A stretch of DNA of 64,000 nucleotides, taken from the NCBI GenBank assembly GCA_016874755.1, contig VGTH01000022.1, positions 19,421-83,420 on the forward strand. The letters are read 5' to 3'. The notes under the pieces were generated by a model. It was not told the DNA's origin and ran no database searches. It was given only the letters and a program-made list of their open reading frames with translations. Of the stretch, positions 8,598 to 19,650 are shown piece after piece. The position numbers and the translations under genes were made by a program. Source of the DNA: Deltaproteobacteria bacterium. Its GTDB lineage: Bacteria > Desulfobacterota > Binatia > UBA9968. How positions within the stretch are numbered: the stretch's first letter is position 1; each line of letters opens with the position of its first letter.

Positions 8598-9746
8598 ATG
8601 GAATCAGCCCTCGCTTATGGTCTACAAGGCCTGTTTCTCGGCGTCGTGAACATCACCTTGCCCAAGGTGATCATGATCTTAATCGGTTCCGGGCTGCTCT
8701 ATCTCGGCATTAAGAAAGGCTACGAGCCGTTGTTGCTCGTGCCCATTGGTTTTGGCGCCATTCTGGTCAACATTCCGCTGTCCGAGATGATGCACGACGG
8801 CGGTTTTCTGAGATTTTTCTACAACATCGGCGTCAGCACGGAAATCTTTCCGCTGCTGATTTTCCTTGGCATCGGCGCCATGACCGACTTTCAGCCGCTC
8901 CTGCAAAATCCGAAAATTATTCTGCTCGGCGCCGCCGGCCAGTTCGGGATTTTCCTAACTCTATTGCTCGCGCTGGCGCTCGGTTTCGACAAGCTCGACG
9001 CCGTCGCCGTCGCGGTCATCGGTGCCTGCGACGGCCCGACGGCGATTTACGTCAGCTCGAAGTTCGCGCCGCATATGCTGGGCGCCGTATCGGTCGCTGC
9101 GTACTCTTACATGTCGCTCGTGCCGCTCATCCAGCCGCCGATCATGCGCGCGCTGACCACCGAGAAAGAACGGCAGATCGTCATGGGCGCGGCCAAGCTC
9201 GAGCCGATCTCAAAGACAACCAAGATCGTTTTCCCCATCGCTGTCACCATATTTGCGTCGATCCTAGCGCCCAAAGGCGCGCCGTTGATCGGCACGGTTA
9301 TGCTTGGCAATTTGCTGCGCGAGTGCGGCGTGGTCGAGCGCTTGAAAAGTGCGTCGGAGAACGAGATCGCCAACATCGTTACCCTGCTCCTCGGTCTGTG
9401 CATCGGCGCGACCATGGAGGCCGACAAATTTCTCAAAACCCAAACCCTGCTCATCCTCGCTTTGGGCTTCATCGCCATCAGCCTCGACACCGCCGTCGGC
9501 GTGCTGTTCGGCAAAGCGATGTGTTTTTTCACCGGCGGCAAAGTCAACCCGCTGATTGGCGCCGCCGGCATCTCGGCGTTTCCGATGTCGGCTCGGGTCG
9601 TGCAGGCGGAAGGACAAAAGTACAATAAGAAGAGCTATCTGCTCATGCATGCCATGAGCGCCAACGCCGGCGGCCAAATCGGTTCGGTGATAGCCGCCGC
9701 GGTCATGCTCTCGGTGCTGCAGGGCATGGGCATTGTCGGCAAATAA
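8598..9746 (+). CDS. Na+-transporting decarboxylase beta subunit (OadB/MmdB/GcdB family)
   Basis: 382-aa polytopic membrane protein with the conserved decarboxylase-beta N-terminus (LGLFLG...IGSGLLYLGIKKGYEPLLLVPIGFG). Confidence 0.85.
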   Translation: MESALAYGLQGLFLGVVNITLPKVIMILIGSGLLYLGIKKGYEPLLLVPIGFGAILVNIPLSEMMHDGGFLRFFYNIGVSTEIFPLLIFLGIGAMTDFQPLLQNPKIILLGAAGQFGIFLTLLLALALGFDKLDAVAVAVIGACDGPTAIYVSSKFAPHMLGAVSVAAYSYMSLVPLIQPPIMRALTTEKERQIVMGAAKLEPISKTTKIVFPIAVTIFASILAPKGAPLIGTVMLGNLLRECGVVERLKSASENEIANIVTLLLGLCIGATMEADKFLKTQTLLILALGFIAISLDTAVGVLFGKAMCFFTGGKVNPLIGAAGISAFPMSARVVQAEGQKYNKKSYLLMHAMSANAGGQIGSVIAAAVMLSVLQGMGIVGK

Positions 9747-9768
9747 AAAATTTTCTATCAGGTGAGCC

Positions 9769-11322
<1,554 letters not shown>

Positions 11323-13188
11323 TTAAAGATCTGCTCTCTGCTCTTCGAGCAGCTCAGCTGGCTCGCCCAGTCCGGCTGGCAACGAAAAGAAGAACGTCGC
11401 TCCGCGCTTTTCTTCGCTCTCAACCCAGAGCACGCCGTCGTGCGCTTCGATGATTTTTTTGCAGATCGCCAGGCCCAGGCCGGTGCCCAGCGGCGCTGAC
11501 TTTTGCCCGCTCGAAACTTGGCGATATTTTTCGAAGATCGAAGCAATTTCGGCTTCAGGAATGCCGACGCCGCTGTCTCTAACCCAGGCGGTGATCTGCG
11601 AGGCGCTCTCGCAGCGCGCGCCGATCTCGATGCGCCCCCCCGGCTGGGTGAACTTAAGCGCATTGTTGAGCAGGTTGTCTAACACCTGATTGATCAAGCG
11701 TGGGTCGAGCGGCACCGGCGGCAAGTCCGGACTCACGACAACGGCCATCTCGATTGATCTTTTGCCAGCCTGAATCGAGTACTGCAGCATGCTCTCGCGC
11801 AGGATGGCGCCCATATCGACCGTTTGCTTGGTCAATTTGATATGGCCGGCTTCCATTTTCGAGAGGTCCAGAAACTGCGTAATATGCTCAACCAGACTCA
11901 TGCAACTGCCGCGCATCTTGCCGAGCCATTGCTTCTGTTCCGCGTTGACTTCGCCGAAGACCTCGTCCTGTAGCGATTCGGCAATGGAGGCAAGGTTCGA
12001 CAGCGGCGCGCGCAGATCGTGCACCACCATGGCGGTGAAATCGGCCAACAGCTTTTCCGTCCGGCGCCGCTCTTCGATCTCGCCCTCGAGATGGGCATTG
12101 ATTTGTAGCGTGTTGCCATAAAGGCTGGCGTTCTCCACCGCCAAGCCAATCTGATGCGCCAGCGCTTGCAAAAATTGACTTTGCTCAGGTGTGTAGTCGC
12201 GCGCCTCGGGATGCATCAGCGTCAGCGCTCCGTGCAGCTGCGCGCTGCGCGGCAGCGGCAAGACAGTGAGGGCCTTCATTCCCGCGGCGCTGTAGACCGC
12301 ACCGATGCGCGGCAACTTGCTGGCGTCCTCAACAAACCACGGTTGGCCGGGGTCGGGCATGCGATCCACCGTCGCCTCGCTCAGGTGCTTCAGGTCGTCG
12401 AGATCTGCTTGCACAACGTTGGGCCGGCTGCTGGCACCGTAGCTGCGCGGCTGGCCATTGGCGTCGTAGAAACGCATAAACGCGTACTCAAAGCCCGCGG
12501 CGGCGACCAAGCGGCGCAGCGCGCGCTCGACGACGTCGCCCAACGCAAGTGTGCCACCGACCTCTTGAGCAACGGTGTAAAGGGTTTCCATATGGCTGGC
12601 GTCAGTGCGCAGCCGTTCTTCAACCATTTTCAGCGAAGTGATATCGCGCGCGATCGTCGACGCGCCGATAATCTTGCCAGCCGGATCCTTGATCGGGGAA
12701 ACCGATGCCGAGACGTAGAGCCGCCGGCCATCTTTGCGGATGCGCTCGGTCTCGTAGCGGTTGATGCCTTTGCCCTGGGCGACCATCACCAGCAAATCGG
12801 GAATCTCGTTGGGCCGGTCGGGGGGATTGAGCAGTGTCACCGGCTGCCCGACGATTTCCTGTTCGCCGTAGCCATAGGTGTTTTCCGCGCCGGCGTTCCA
12901 ACTCGTCACCACGCCATCGAGCGTCATACCGATAATGGCGTCTTCGCAGGACTCGACGATGGCCGCCAGTTGCGACTGCGCTTCGTTGGCACGCCCGCGC
13001 GCTTCCATGAATCGGTTGGCGCTAATCCCGATCGCGGTGGCCAACAGCAAGACGAAACCCAGCACCCAGGCGAGCAAATTCGACCCCGCCGTGTGGTACA
13101 GCAGTTCATGCCCAAGCAATGCCAAAACGCCACAAAGCAAAAGCAGGACGAAAATAAACTTGATGCGCTGTTGGCCGTTGGATGTCAT
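11323..13188 (-). CDS. Sensor histidine kinase (TM-PAS-GAF-HisKA-HATPase_c)
   Basis: PAS (SWNAGAENTYGY), a GAF region, H-box VVHDLRAPL and HATPase_c G-boxes (GTGLGLAICK). The track start at 13206 is TTG; the first ATG is at 13188. Confidence 0.85.
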   Translation of the reverse strand: MTSNGQQRIKFIFVLLLLCGVLALLGHELLYHTAGSNLLAWVLGFVLLLATAIGISANRFMEARGRANEAQSQLAAIVESCEDAIIGMTLDGVVTSWNAGAENTYGYGEQEIVGQPVTLLNPPDRPNEIPDLLVMVAQGKGINRYETERIRKDGRRLYVSASVSPIKDPAGKIIGASTIARDITSLKMVEERLRTDASHMETLYTVAQEVGGTLALGDVVERALRRLVAAAGFEYAFMRFYDANGQPRSYGASSRPNVVQADLDDLKHLSEATVDRMPDPGQPWFVEDASKLPRIGAVYSAAGMKALTVLPLPRSAQLHGALTLMHPEARDYTPEQSQFLQALAHQIGLAVENASLYGNTLQINAHLEGEIEERRRTEKLLADFTAMVVHDLRAPLSNLASIAESLQDEVFGEVNAEQKQWLGKMRGSCMSLVEHITQFLDLSKMEAGHIKLTKQTVDMGAILRESMLQYSIQAGKRSIEMAVVVSPDLPPVPLDPRLINQVLDNLLNNALKFTQPGGRIEIGARCESASQITAWVRDSGVGIPEAEIASIFEKYRQVSSGQKSAPLGTGLGLAICKKIIEAHDGVLWVESEEKRGATFFFSLPAGLGEPAELLEEQRADL

Positions 13189-13232
13189 CGAAGTCTGCTT
13201 AATCAATAATTTCTTGCCACAAACGGCTTTAC

Positions 13233-14858
13233 CTACAGATGGCGCGGCAGCGTCACACTAAAAGTCGAGCCGCGTCCGAGCTCGCTTTCGACTTGTAACT
13301 CGCCGCCCAGCAAGTCGACGAATTTTTTGGCGACGTACAATCCGAGACCGACGCCGCCGTGGCTGCGCGTAATCGAACTGTCCAATTGTCGAAACATTTC
13401 GAAAATATGCGGCAGCGCTTCGGTTGGAATGCCAATGCCGGTATCGCTCACGGAAAAGCGCACGGCGTTACCACCCGCCGCAGCCGACGCAGTGACGACG
13501 ATACGCCCCTGGTCGGTGAACTTGATTGCGTTCTCGATGAGATGCTCAATAACTTCCTTGAGCTTTTCCGGATCGGTTTTCAGATCCGGTAGGTCGGGCT
13601 GGCAGTGCCAGACCAGATCGAGTTCTTTCCCGGCGGGCACCGTGCAAGTCGCTTTGAGCACATCGATCAATTGACTCGCCTCGATGACCTGATGATCCAC
13701 CCGGACTGCGCCCGCTTCGATACTGGTGGCTTGCAAGATACTAATGATCATACCGAGCAGATCGTCGGAGCATTGCATGATGCGGTCGATGCCCCGTTTC
13801 TGCTCGTCGGTCAGATCGCCCAACAAACCTTCCTGCATCATGCCGGCGTAGCCCATGATGAGGTTTAAAGGTGTGCGAAATTCATGGGACATGACGCTGA
13901 GAAATTCGGCTTTGGCTTTATCCGATCGCTCCGCGCTCACTGTCGCGCGCCGCAGATCGAGAGCCTGCAGCGCGTTTTCTTCGCGCAAAAGCGCGTTGTG
14001 CAACGCCACGGTGCTGACGCCGGTCAGTGTTGTTAGCTCGACCCTTTCGTCGCGGGAAAAACCATGCGGCGCCGTAGAATAGTAGCCGATGACGCCGAGA
14101 ATAGTGCCGTCGACAACCAGCGGCACGCCGTAGTAGGCGCGCAGGCCATATTTGCGCAGAAACCGGATGTAGCGCGTACTGGCACGGGCTTGCGCGTTAG
14201 CAATCATGACCGGTTTACCGGTCTCCAAGGCGGTCCTGCTCAGCCCAACGGCACCGCGGGGGATGGTATGCTTCCATTCCTCCTCATCAAGGTTTTTGCA
14301 AGCGATGGCATCCAACGCGCCGGTCTTACGGTTGCGCATGCGTATGGTGATGGCGGAGACCGCGGCGATCGGCGCGGCAGCATCGAATAACGCGTCGAGA
14401 ATTTTATGCAGACCGGGTGCTGTGAGAAAGGTTTGCGCCAGCCGATGCAGGTGCTCCATGCGCTCGATATAGTCTCTTGAGCGCCGCGGCGAAGGCAACA
14501 ACGATGACGGGTTGCTTTTCGCTGTCGGCAGACCGACGACTGGACGCCAACCAGCCGCTTTGCTGCTGCCGGTGCTGGACTTATCGCTCTTGTGCTTGGC
14601 GGCGCGCATGGCGAATTGATGCGTTGCAGCACGGCGGCGCGCGCTCCACAGCGCCGCCGCAGCGGCGCCAAGCACGAGCCCGAAATCGCCCGGCATGAAC
14701 GGCACCGGCGCCGCGGGCCGTGGCCCTGGCGCCACCACGGACGCAGCGACCGGGGCCGCAACGGCCAGTCTTATTAAAGCAATGTTTCCGGGACTATCGA
14801 GAAGCAAAATCGAGAAGACCGCTCCGGGTAGCAACACAGTACGGGTTCGCGGTTTCAT
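13233..14858 (-). CDS. Sensor histidine kinase with GAF domain (signal/TM-GAF-HisKA-HATPase_c)
   Basis: H-box MSHEFRTPLN and HATPase_c G-boxes (GGVGLGLYVAK). GAF-like region in the N-terminal half. Confidence 0.8.
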   Translation of the reverse strand: MKPRTRTVLLPGAVFSILLLDSPGNIALIRLAVAAPVAASVVAPGPRPAAPVPFMPGDFGLVLGAAAAALWSARRRAATHQFAMRAAKHKSDKSSTGSSKAAGWRPVVGLPTAKSNPSSLLPSPRRSRDYIERMEHLHRLAQTFLTAPGLHKILDALFDAAAPIAAVSAITIRMRNRKTGALDAIACKNLDEEEWKHTIPRGAVGLSRTALETGKPVMIANAQARASTRYIRFLRKYGLRAYYGVPLVVDGTILGVIGYYSTAPHGFSRDERVELTTLTGVSTVALHNALLREENALQALDLRRATVSAERSDKAKAEFLSVMSHEFRTPLNLIMGYAGMMQEGLLGDLTDEQKRGIDRIMQCSDDLLGMIISILQATSIEAGAVRVDHQVIEASQLIDVLKATCTVPAGKELDLVWHCQPDLPDLKTDPEKLKEVIEHLIENAIKFTDQGRIVVTASAAAGGNAVRFSVSDTGIGIPTEALPHIFEMFRQLDSSITRSHGGVGLGLYVAKKFVDLLGGELQVESELGRGSTFSVTLPRHL

Positions 14859-14962
14859 AGATCATCAAAAGTAACAGCCAGACCCACCCCCTAAGGCAAT
14901 CGACCCAGGTAGCAGCAGGGTGCTTTCCCGGATCGTTTGGACATTTTTGTCCTTGAACCCAA

Positions 14963-15163
14963 TCACTCTTCGCGGGCTAACTTTTCACGCTGATCGAGCC
15001 AATCGCTCAGCTGCGCTTCGCGCAGACGCCATTGGCCTCCGACCTTGAACGCCGGCAACTGCTTTTGCCGAATCATGCGCTGCAAGGTCCGAGTGGAAAC
15101 CTGAAGCAGTTTGGCAGCCTCGGAGAGGGTCAGAAGACGGATAATTTCAAGCTGTTTTTCCAT
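14963..15163 (-). CDS. Excisionase/MerR-type helix-turn-helix DNA-binding protein
   Basis: LTLSEAAKLLQVSTRTLQRMIRQKQLPAFKVGGQWRL is an HTH_17 excisionase-family motif. ATG at 15163 follows ggggga. The track start at 15184 is GTG. Confidence 0.5.
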   Translation of the reverse strand: MEKQLEIIRLLTLSEAAKLLQVSTRTLQRMIRQKQLPAFKVGGQWRLREAQLSDWLDQREKLAREE

Positions 15164-15507
15164 GGCTAAAAATCCCCCGCGCACTGCGTAGGCAAGTAAA
15201 ATGCCAGCGCCGGGTGCGGCCTAACATGCTGATTTTACAGCACTTGTTACTGACCTGTGTTTGCTTCGAGCACAAAATTGGACATGCCCGGACAAATATT
15301 GACCCATCTGTGCAAGGAGGCCTGCGGGACCGACAACGGCAGCCTGGGAGGTGTATTGATCGTGAATCGAGCCCAAAGGGGTCATTCCTATCTGACGAAA
15401 TTTTGGCGCAATTGACAAGCTAGACGTTTACGGACAGTGATAGGCAAATTGATCGCTGGAGTCTAGCCGAATGAAGCTAGAGAAAGGGTATATCGATTAG
15501 GATTTTT

Positions 15508-15542
15508 CTCGCGCAAAGGCGCAAAGGTTTGCGTCTTTTGCG
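15508..15542. repeat. Intergenic hairpin (GCAAAG family, REP-like) just 3' of the amidohydrolase gene
   Basis: The perfect hairpin is cgcaaaggcgcaaagg/tttgcgtcttttgcg. The interval spans ctcgcgcaaaggcgcaaaggtttgcgtcttttgcg. Confidence 0.55.
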
Positions 15543-15571
15543 TTTTTAGCGGCCATTCTTGTCACCCAAAA

Positions 15572-16828
15572 TCACGCGAACTTTTTGCCGCCAAGATAGA
15601 TCGTATGAATGGCGCGCATGTGCGTGATGTTTTCCAGCGGATTCTTATCCAGCACGAGCAAATCGGCGGCCTTGCCTTTGGCCAGCGTGCCGAAATCTTT
15701 GGCGATGCCGAGCGATTCCGATGCACTCTTCGAGAACGACTGGATCACCTGCATCGGCGTCAATCCCGACTGCACCATCAGCTCCATCTCGCGGTGCTCG
15801 GAAAACCCCTGCACTAAAAATCGGCTGGGCGCGCCGCCGCTGTCGGTGCCCAGGGCGATGCGCACACCGCCATCGGCAAGCTTTTTCAGATTGATTTTAT
15901 TCATCTCGAAACCGGCCTTGAAGAGATCGCGTTGCGGATGCTTGGCCTGAAGCTCGCGCACCTTGGTTCTAAGCGCCGTCATTTGCGCTGCCGACAAAAA
16001 TCTGTGGAAAAACGGATCCTCGATCCAGGCCGGACTATCGCCGTAAGCGAAAAGAAACTCGTCGCGAATCAACGTCGGCGTCAACGTCACGTCGTGCTTT
16101 TTGGCCAGGGCGATAAACTCCGCGTCCACTTCGCGATCGCGCACGTTGTGGCCAAGGATATTGAGACCGCCCTCGATGAGCATCCTGGCATCAACCATCT
16201 CGTAGGCATGGCCCAAAGTGCGCTTGCCGAGCTTACGCGCCTGTTCGAGCACGGCGGCGCAAAACTCGGCGGAAAGCTTGGCGCGGGTGCCGAAGCCGCT
16301 GTCGACCCAGACTTTGATGTAGTCGGCGCCAGCGGCGACGATCTCGTCAACTTTGGCGCGCCCCTGCTCCGGCGTGGCAATTTCCGGGTCGGGCGCAAAG
16401 CGATGCTTGACCGTAGAGACTCGCGCGCCGCGCAGCACCCCTTTCTTCTGCGCCTCGCGAACCTGAACGACTTCGTCCGGATCAGTCTGCATGCTCGTCG
16501 CCGTAGTCACACCGTACAGCGCGTACTGGCGCAGCTGCGGCTCGCTATTCTCACCGACGTGGCCGTGGGCGTTGATACTGCCAGGAACGATGAACTTGCC
16601 GGTGAGATCGATGACGGTGGCACCGGCTGGCGCTTTGATCTTGGACGATGGTCCCAGGTCGCGGATGCGCCCGTTTTCCATCACGACGGTGAAATCTTTT
16701 TGCGGCGGCGCGCCGCTCCCGTCGATGACCGTGGCGCGATTGAGAACGATTACTTGAGCGGCGGCAATCGACGCAAAGAAGATCGCCGCGGCAATCGGCA
16801 CGATGCTTAGCAAGACGCTCTTGCGCAT
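15572..16828 (-). CDS. Secreted amidohydrolase-family metal-dependent hydrolase
   Basis: Signal peptide, then GSINAHGHVG metal-binding motif and a conserved HAYEMV.../GTDSGG amidohydrolase C-terminus. Confidence 0.75.
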   Translation of the reverse strand: MRKSVLLSIVPIAAAIFFASIAAAQVIVLNRATVIDGSGAPPQKDFTVVMENGRIRDLGPSSKIKAPAGATVIDLTGKFIVPGSINAHGHVGENSEPQLRQYALYGVTTATSMQTDPDEVVQVREAQKKGVLRGARVSTVKHRFAPDPEIATPEQGRAKVDEIVAAGADYIKVWVDSGFGTRAKLSAEFCAAVLEQARKLGKRTLGHAYEMVDARMLIEGGLNILGHNVRDREVDAEFIALAKKHDVTLTPTLIRDEFLFAYGDSPAWIEDPFFHRFLSAAQMTALRTKVRELQAKHPQRDLFKAGFEMNKINLKKLADGGVRIALGTDSGGAPSRFLVQGFSEHREMELMVQSGLTPMQVIQSFSKSASESLGIAKDFGTLAKGKAADLLVLDKNPLENITHMRAIHTIYLGGKKFA

Positions 16829-16852
16829 ACCGCCTCCTCAATCGTGCTCGGA

Positions 16853-16931
16853 GTATCTCGCGCAGAGAACGCAGAGGACGCAAAGCTCGGAGGTATTTTT
16901 ACTTTGCGTCCTTTGCGCCTCTGCGCGAGAC
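16853..16931. repeat. Long intergenic hairpin (GCAGAG family, REP-like) sharing its first 15 nt with the hairpin at 611
   Basis: Arm gtatctcgcgcagagaacgcagaggacgcaaag pairs with ctttgcgtcctttgcgcctctgcgcgagac, a stem of about 28 bp. Confidence 0.6.
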
Positions 16932-16939
16932 ATTCCGAA

Positions 16940-19093
16940 TTACTTCGCCAACGGATCCGGCCGCAACTGAAACTGCACCGCCATCGGTTTGGCGCCCTTG
17001 CCGCGCTCGTTTAACCACGGCGCGCGGTCGCCGCTGGCGCTCCACAGGCCGCGCCCCTTCCAGCCAGCGTTGGGATCGTCGATGCGGCCGTCGAAACCTT
17101 TGGCGTAGAAACCCAGCGGATAGGGCACGCGCAGGACCATCATCTTGCCGTCTTTAAAGGCGATCAAACCATCATTCAAGTTACCCGTCGACATCGGCAC
17201 GTCGTTGCCTAAGCCAAACGTATTGTGCTGGTCGACCCAGGTGTAGTAGCTCGACTCGGCGCTGTTATCGCCCAAGCCCTTGAAGCCCGGGCCCGGATAT
17301 TTGTGAAACGCCCAACCCTCCGGGCAGTGATCGCCCGTCGCCTTCGGACCGTTCAAAGGCCCTTTGCACTTGCGCCGATCGAAGCTCGCCAAGTGTCCGC
17401 TCGATAGCGACACCCAAATAACACCTTGCTTATCGATGTCGCCGCCACGCGGGCCGAAGCCGGGCAACGGCACGTTGTAGATTTCCGTCAGCGCCGTCTC
17501 CGAAGGATTACTGCCGGGAGCGACGCGCACCACCGCACCGGGAAAGCTGCGGAACGTGCCCCAGACCGAGCCATCCACCGGGTTCGGCATCACAGCGTAG
17601 AAGCCGGCGACGATGCGCTTATCCTTGGCCGGATCCACCGGCTGGTTGGGCTCGACGTATTCATCGCGCTTGCCGTTACCGTTGGTGTCGAGAATCATCG
17701 GCGTCCAGCCCTGCGAGCGCGCGATATCGCCGGTTTCATCGAACATCTTGGTATTGACCCAACCCACCACCTGGCCCGCACCGCTCGTCCACAGCGTATC
17801 GTTGGCGTCGTAGCCGAACTGCAAATGATGCGAGCCGAAGCAGGTATCGACGAAAGTATATTGGCCGGTCTTGGGATCGAGCATCGTGAGCTGGCGGTTG
17901 TTGCGCTCCACGGGAAAGACTTTTGCCGAAGGATGGCTCGAGCCCTTCTTGCAGAAATCAGGCGCCGGCGCGTCGCGAAAAGCAGCGGCAAACCACACCC
18001 GCCCTTTGCGGTCGAACATCGCGTTGTGATTATTCGACCGAGTGTCCCAGAGTTTTTCCGCGCCCCAGTAGGGCGAAGGCTGCAAGAGTTTATCGCTGGC
18101 TGCATGCCCCGGGCCGAGGGCTTCCGGGGTACCGGGCCGCACCGGCGTTGAGATATGGGTCGCCGTGTGTTTTTTGGGATCGAGCACCGGCATGAGGTCG
18201 GTGCTATACTCCGGTGAGCCGTAAAGCGGTCCGTAGGCGTTGACGGTCGGGTAGCGCCGGTCGGACGCGATCAGGTCGTGCAAATACTTTTTCTCGCTCG
18301 ACCAGTCCCAGGTCGTCACCACGATATTGCGCTCCACACCCTGGGGCCGTGCCGGCTTGCTGTCGGGCAGCTCACCTTTGGCGACCCGGTCAGTCCAGTC
18401 GGCGAAATATTTGATCGGCGCCCCGCCGAGATCCTTCATCAGTGTGTTGAACATCGACTCGCCGGATTGTCCCGACTGGATGCGGCGGAACCATGCCTCC
18501 TGGGAATTTTCAATATTAATCGGATGGGGAATGTCCTTCGGGAACGTGCGCGTCGAGAGTTGGCCCATCTGATGGCAGCCGACACAGCCATTGCTCTTCA
18601 TCGAATTGAGCCAGGCGTTTTGGGTTATCTTGACGGGGACCGCGCCCTTGCCGCCAAACTCGCTCGCTTCGGGGATTTTCAGCATCGAGTACCAATGGAT
18701 CGCCGGATAGTACTTCGCCGCCGCCGCGTCGTTGGGCGCTAGCACCGCGCGCAAGTTCAGGTGCCGCCCCGGCGCCGCTTTCACCTTCGGCGAATCGACC
18801 AGACCGTAGCCGCGCACCCAGATATCGTAGCTCGCCTTCGGCAAATCCGGCAGCACGTAGCGGCCTTGATCGTCGGTGACGACCATGCGCGCAAAACGCG
18901 TCGGCAGATCGTTGGTTTCGGCGATGACCCAAACCCCCGCCTCCGGTCCTTTAGCGCTCGTCACGACGCCGCCGATATCGTTGTTATCGAGAGCGACCGT
19001 TTGCTGACTGCTCAGGGGATGCGGCAAAAGAAAAACCGCCAGCGCCAACCCGGCAATCGTCAAGCATGAGAGCCACGCAATCCTTGATTTCAT
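16940..19093 (-). CDS. Large secreted protein with CarbopepD_reg-like N-terminal domain, one CxxCH heme-c motif and a probable beta-propeller region
   Basis: Signal peptide MKSRIAWLSCLTIAGLALAVF. CarbopepD_reg-like GVWVIAETNDLPTRFARMVVTDDQGRYVLPDLPKASYDIWV. A single CVGCH motif. About 717 aa. Confidence 0.55.
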   Translation of the reverse strand: MKSRIAWLSCLTIAGLALAVFLLPHPLSSQQTVALDNNDIGGVVTSAKGPEAGVWVIAETNDLPTRFARMVVTDDQGRYVLPDLPKASYDIWVRGYGLVDSPKVKAAPGRHLNLRAVLAPNDAAAAKYYPAIHWYSMLKIPEASEFGGKGAVPVKITQNAWLNSMKSNGCVGCHQMGQLSTRTFPKDIPHPINIENSQEAWFRRIQSGQSGESMFNTLMKDLGGAPIKYFADWTDRVAKGELPDSKPARPQGVERNIVVTTWDWSSEKKYLHDLIASDRRYPTVNAYGPLYGSPEYSTDLMPVLDPKKHTATHISTPVRPGTPEALGPGHAASDKLLQPSPYWGAEKLWDTRSNNHNAMFDRKGRVWFAAAFRDAPAPDFCKKGSSHPSAKVFPVERNNRQLTMLDPKTGQYTFVDTCFGSHHLQFGYDANDTLWTSGAGQVVGWVNTKMFDETGDIARSQGWTPMILDTNGNGKRDEYVEPNQPVDPAKDKRIVAGFYAVMPNPVDGSVWGTFRSFPGAVVRVAPGSNPSETALTEIYNVPLPGFGPRGGDIDKQGVIWVSLSSGHLASFDRRKCKGPLNGPKATGDHCPEGWAFHKYPGPGFKGLGDNSAESSYYTWVDQHNTFGLGNDVPMSTGNLNDGLIAFKDGKMMVLRVPYPLGFYAKGFDGRIDDPNAGWKGRGLWSASGDRAPWLNERGKGAKPMAVQFQLRPDPLAK

Positions 19094-19242
19094 ACCGACT
19101 CCTTTAACTCTACACGTGTTTACTGGAAGCGAGCGGAGATTAGCGAGAAAGAAGCATCTCGTCAATCGGCGGGAAGTAGATAGCGCCAGCCGATATCTTA
19201 TGCGGTTCGGTCTGCCCAGGCGGTGGAGCCTATTTGATTTTG

Positions 19243-19530
19243 TCAGATGGCTTCCGCGATGTAGAACCCACCGTGGCTTTTCTCGGTTTGTAAGTGTCCG
19301 ACGGCGGCGCGGAACGATTTGTAGGAATCCGTAAAGCGCCAGCGCGCCAGGTGTTCTTTGCTTTCCCAGAGTAGAATAACGATCACCTGCGACGGATCGT
19401 CGTCGCTGCAGAGAATATGGCCGCCGGTAGAGCCCGCCGACTTACAACCTTGCACGGCGTCACGATAAATCTTGACGTACTCCGCACGCTTGGCTGGATC
19501 GACGGTTTGAAAACGCATTTCGTAGACCAT
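19243..19530 (-). CDS. ABM (antibiotic-biosynthesis-monooxygenase/Dabb) domain protein
   Basis: 95 aa with a ferredoxin-like ABM pattern. RBS gggagg falls inside the CGAAGG repeat immediately upstream. Confidence 0.55.
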   Translation of the reverse strand: MVYEMRFQTVDPAKRAEYVKIYRDAVQGCKSAGSTGGHILCSDDDPSQVIVILLWESKEHLARWRFTDSYKSFRAAVGHLQTEKSHGGFYIAEAI

Positions 19531-19567
19531 CTTCGTTCCTCCCTTCGTGTCCTTCGTGCCTTCGTTG
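19531..19567. repeat. CGAAGG-type short tandem motif (cttcgt x5) forming the 5'-UTR/RBS of the ABM gene
   Basis: Sequence cttcgttcctcccttcgtgtccttcgtgccttcgttg. The same motif family forms an inverted pair at 52837-52933. Confidence 0.5.
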
Positions 19568-19650
19568 AAACAATACTGTTGTTCGGTCGGGGTCGAAACT
19601 GTTCAAAAGGCTCCCGTCATGCTGAGCTTGTCCAAGCGTGTATCTTCGCC

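Noticed and set aside
14963-15571. Integrative element or prophage boundary suggested by the excisionase-like HTH gene
   Set aside because: No integrase, tRNA, direct att repeats or phage genes lie within several kb. Flanking genes are ordinary chromosomal sensors and hydrolases.
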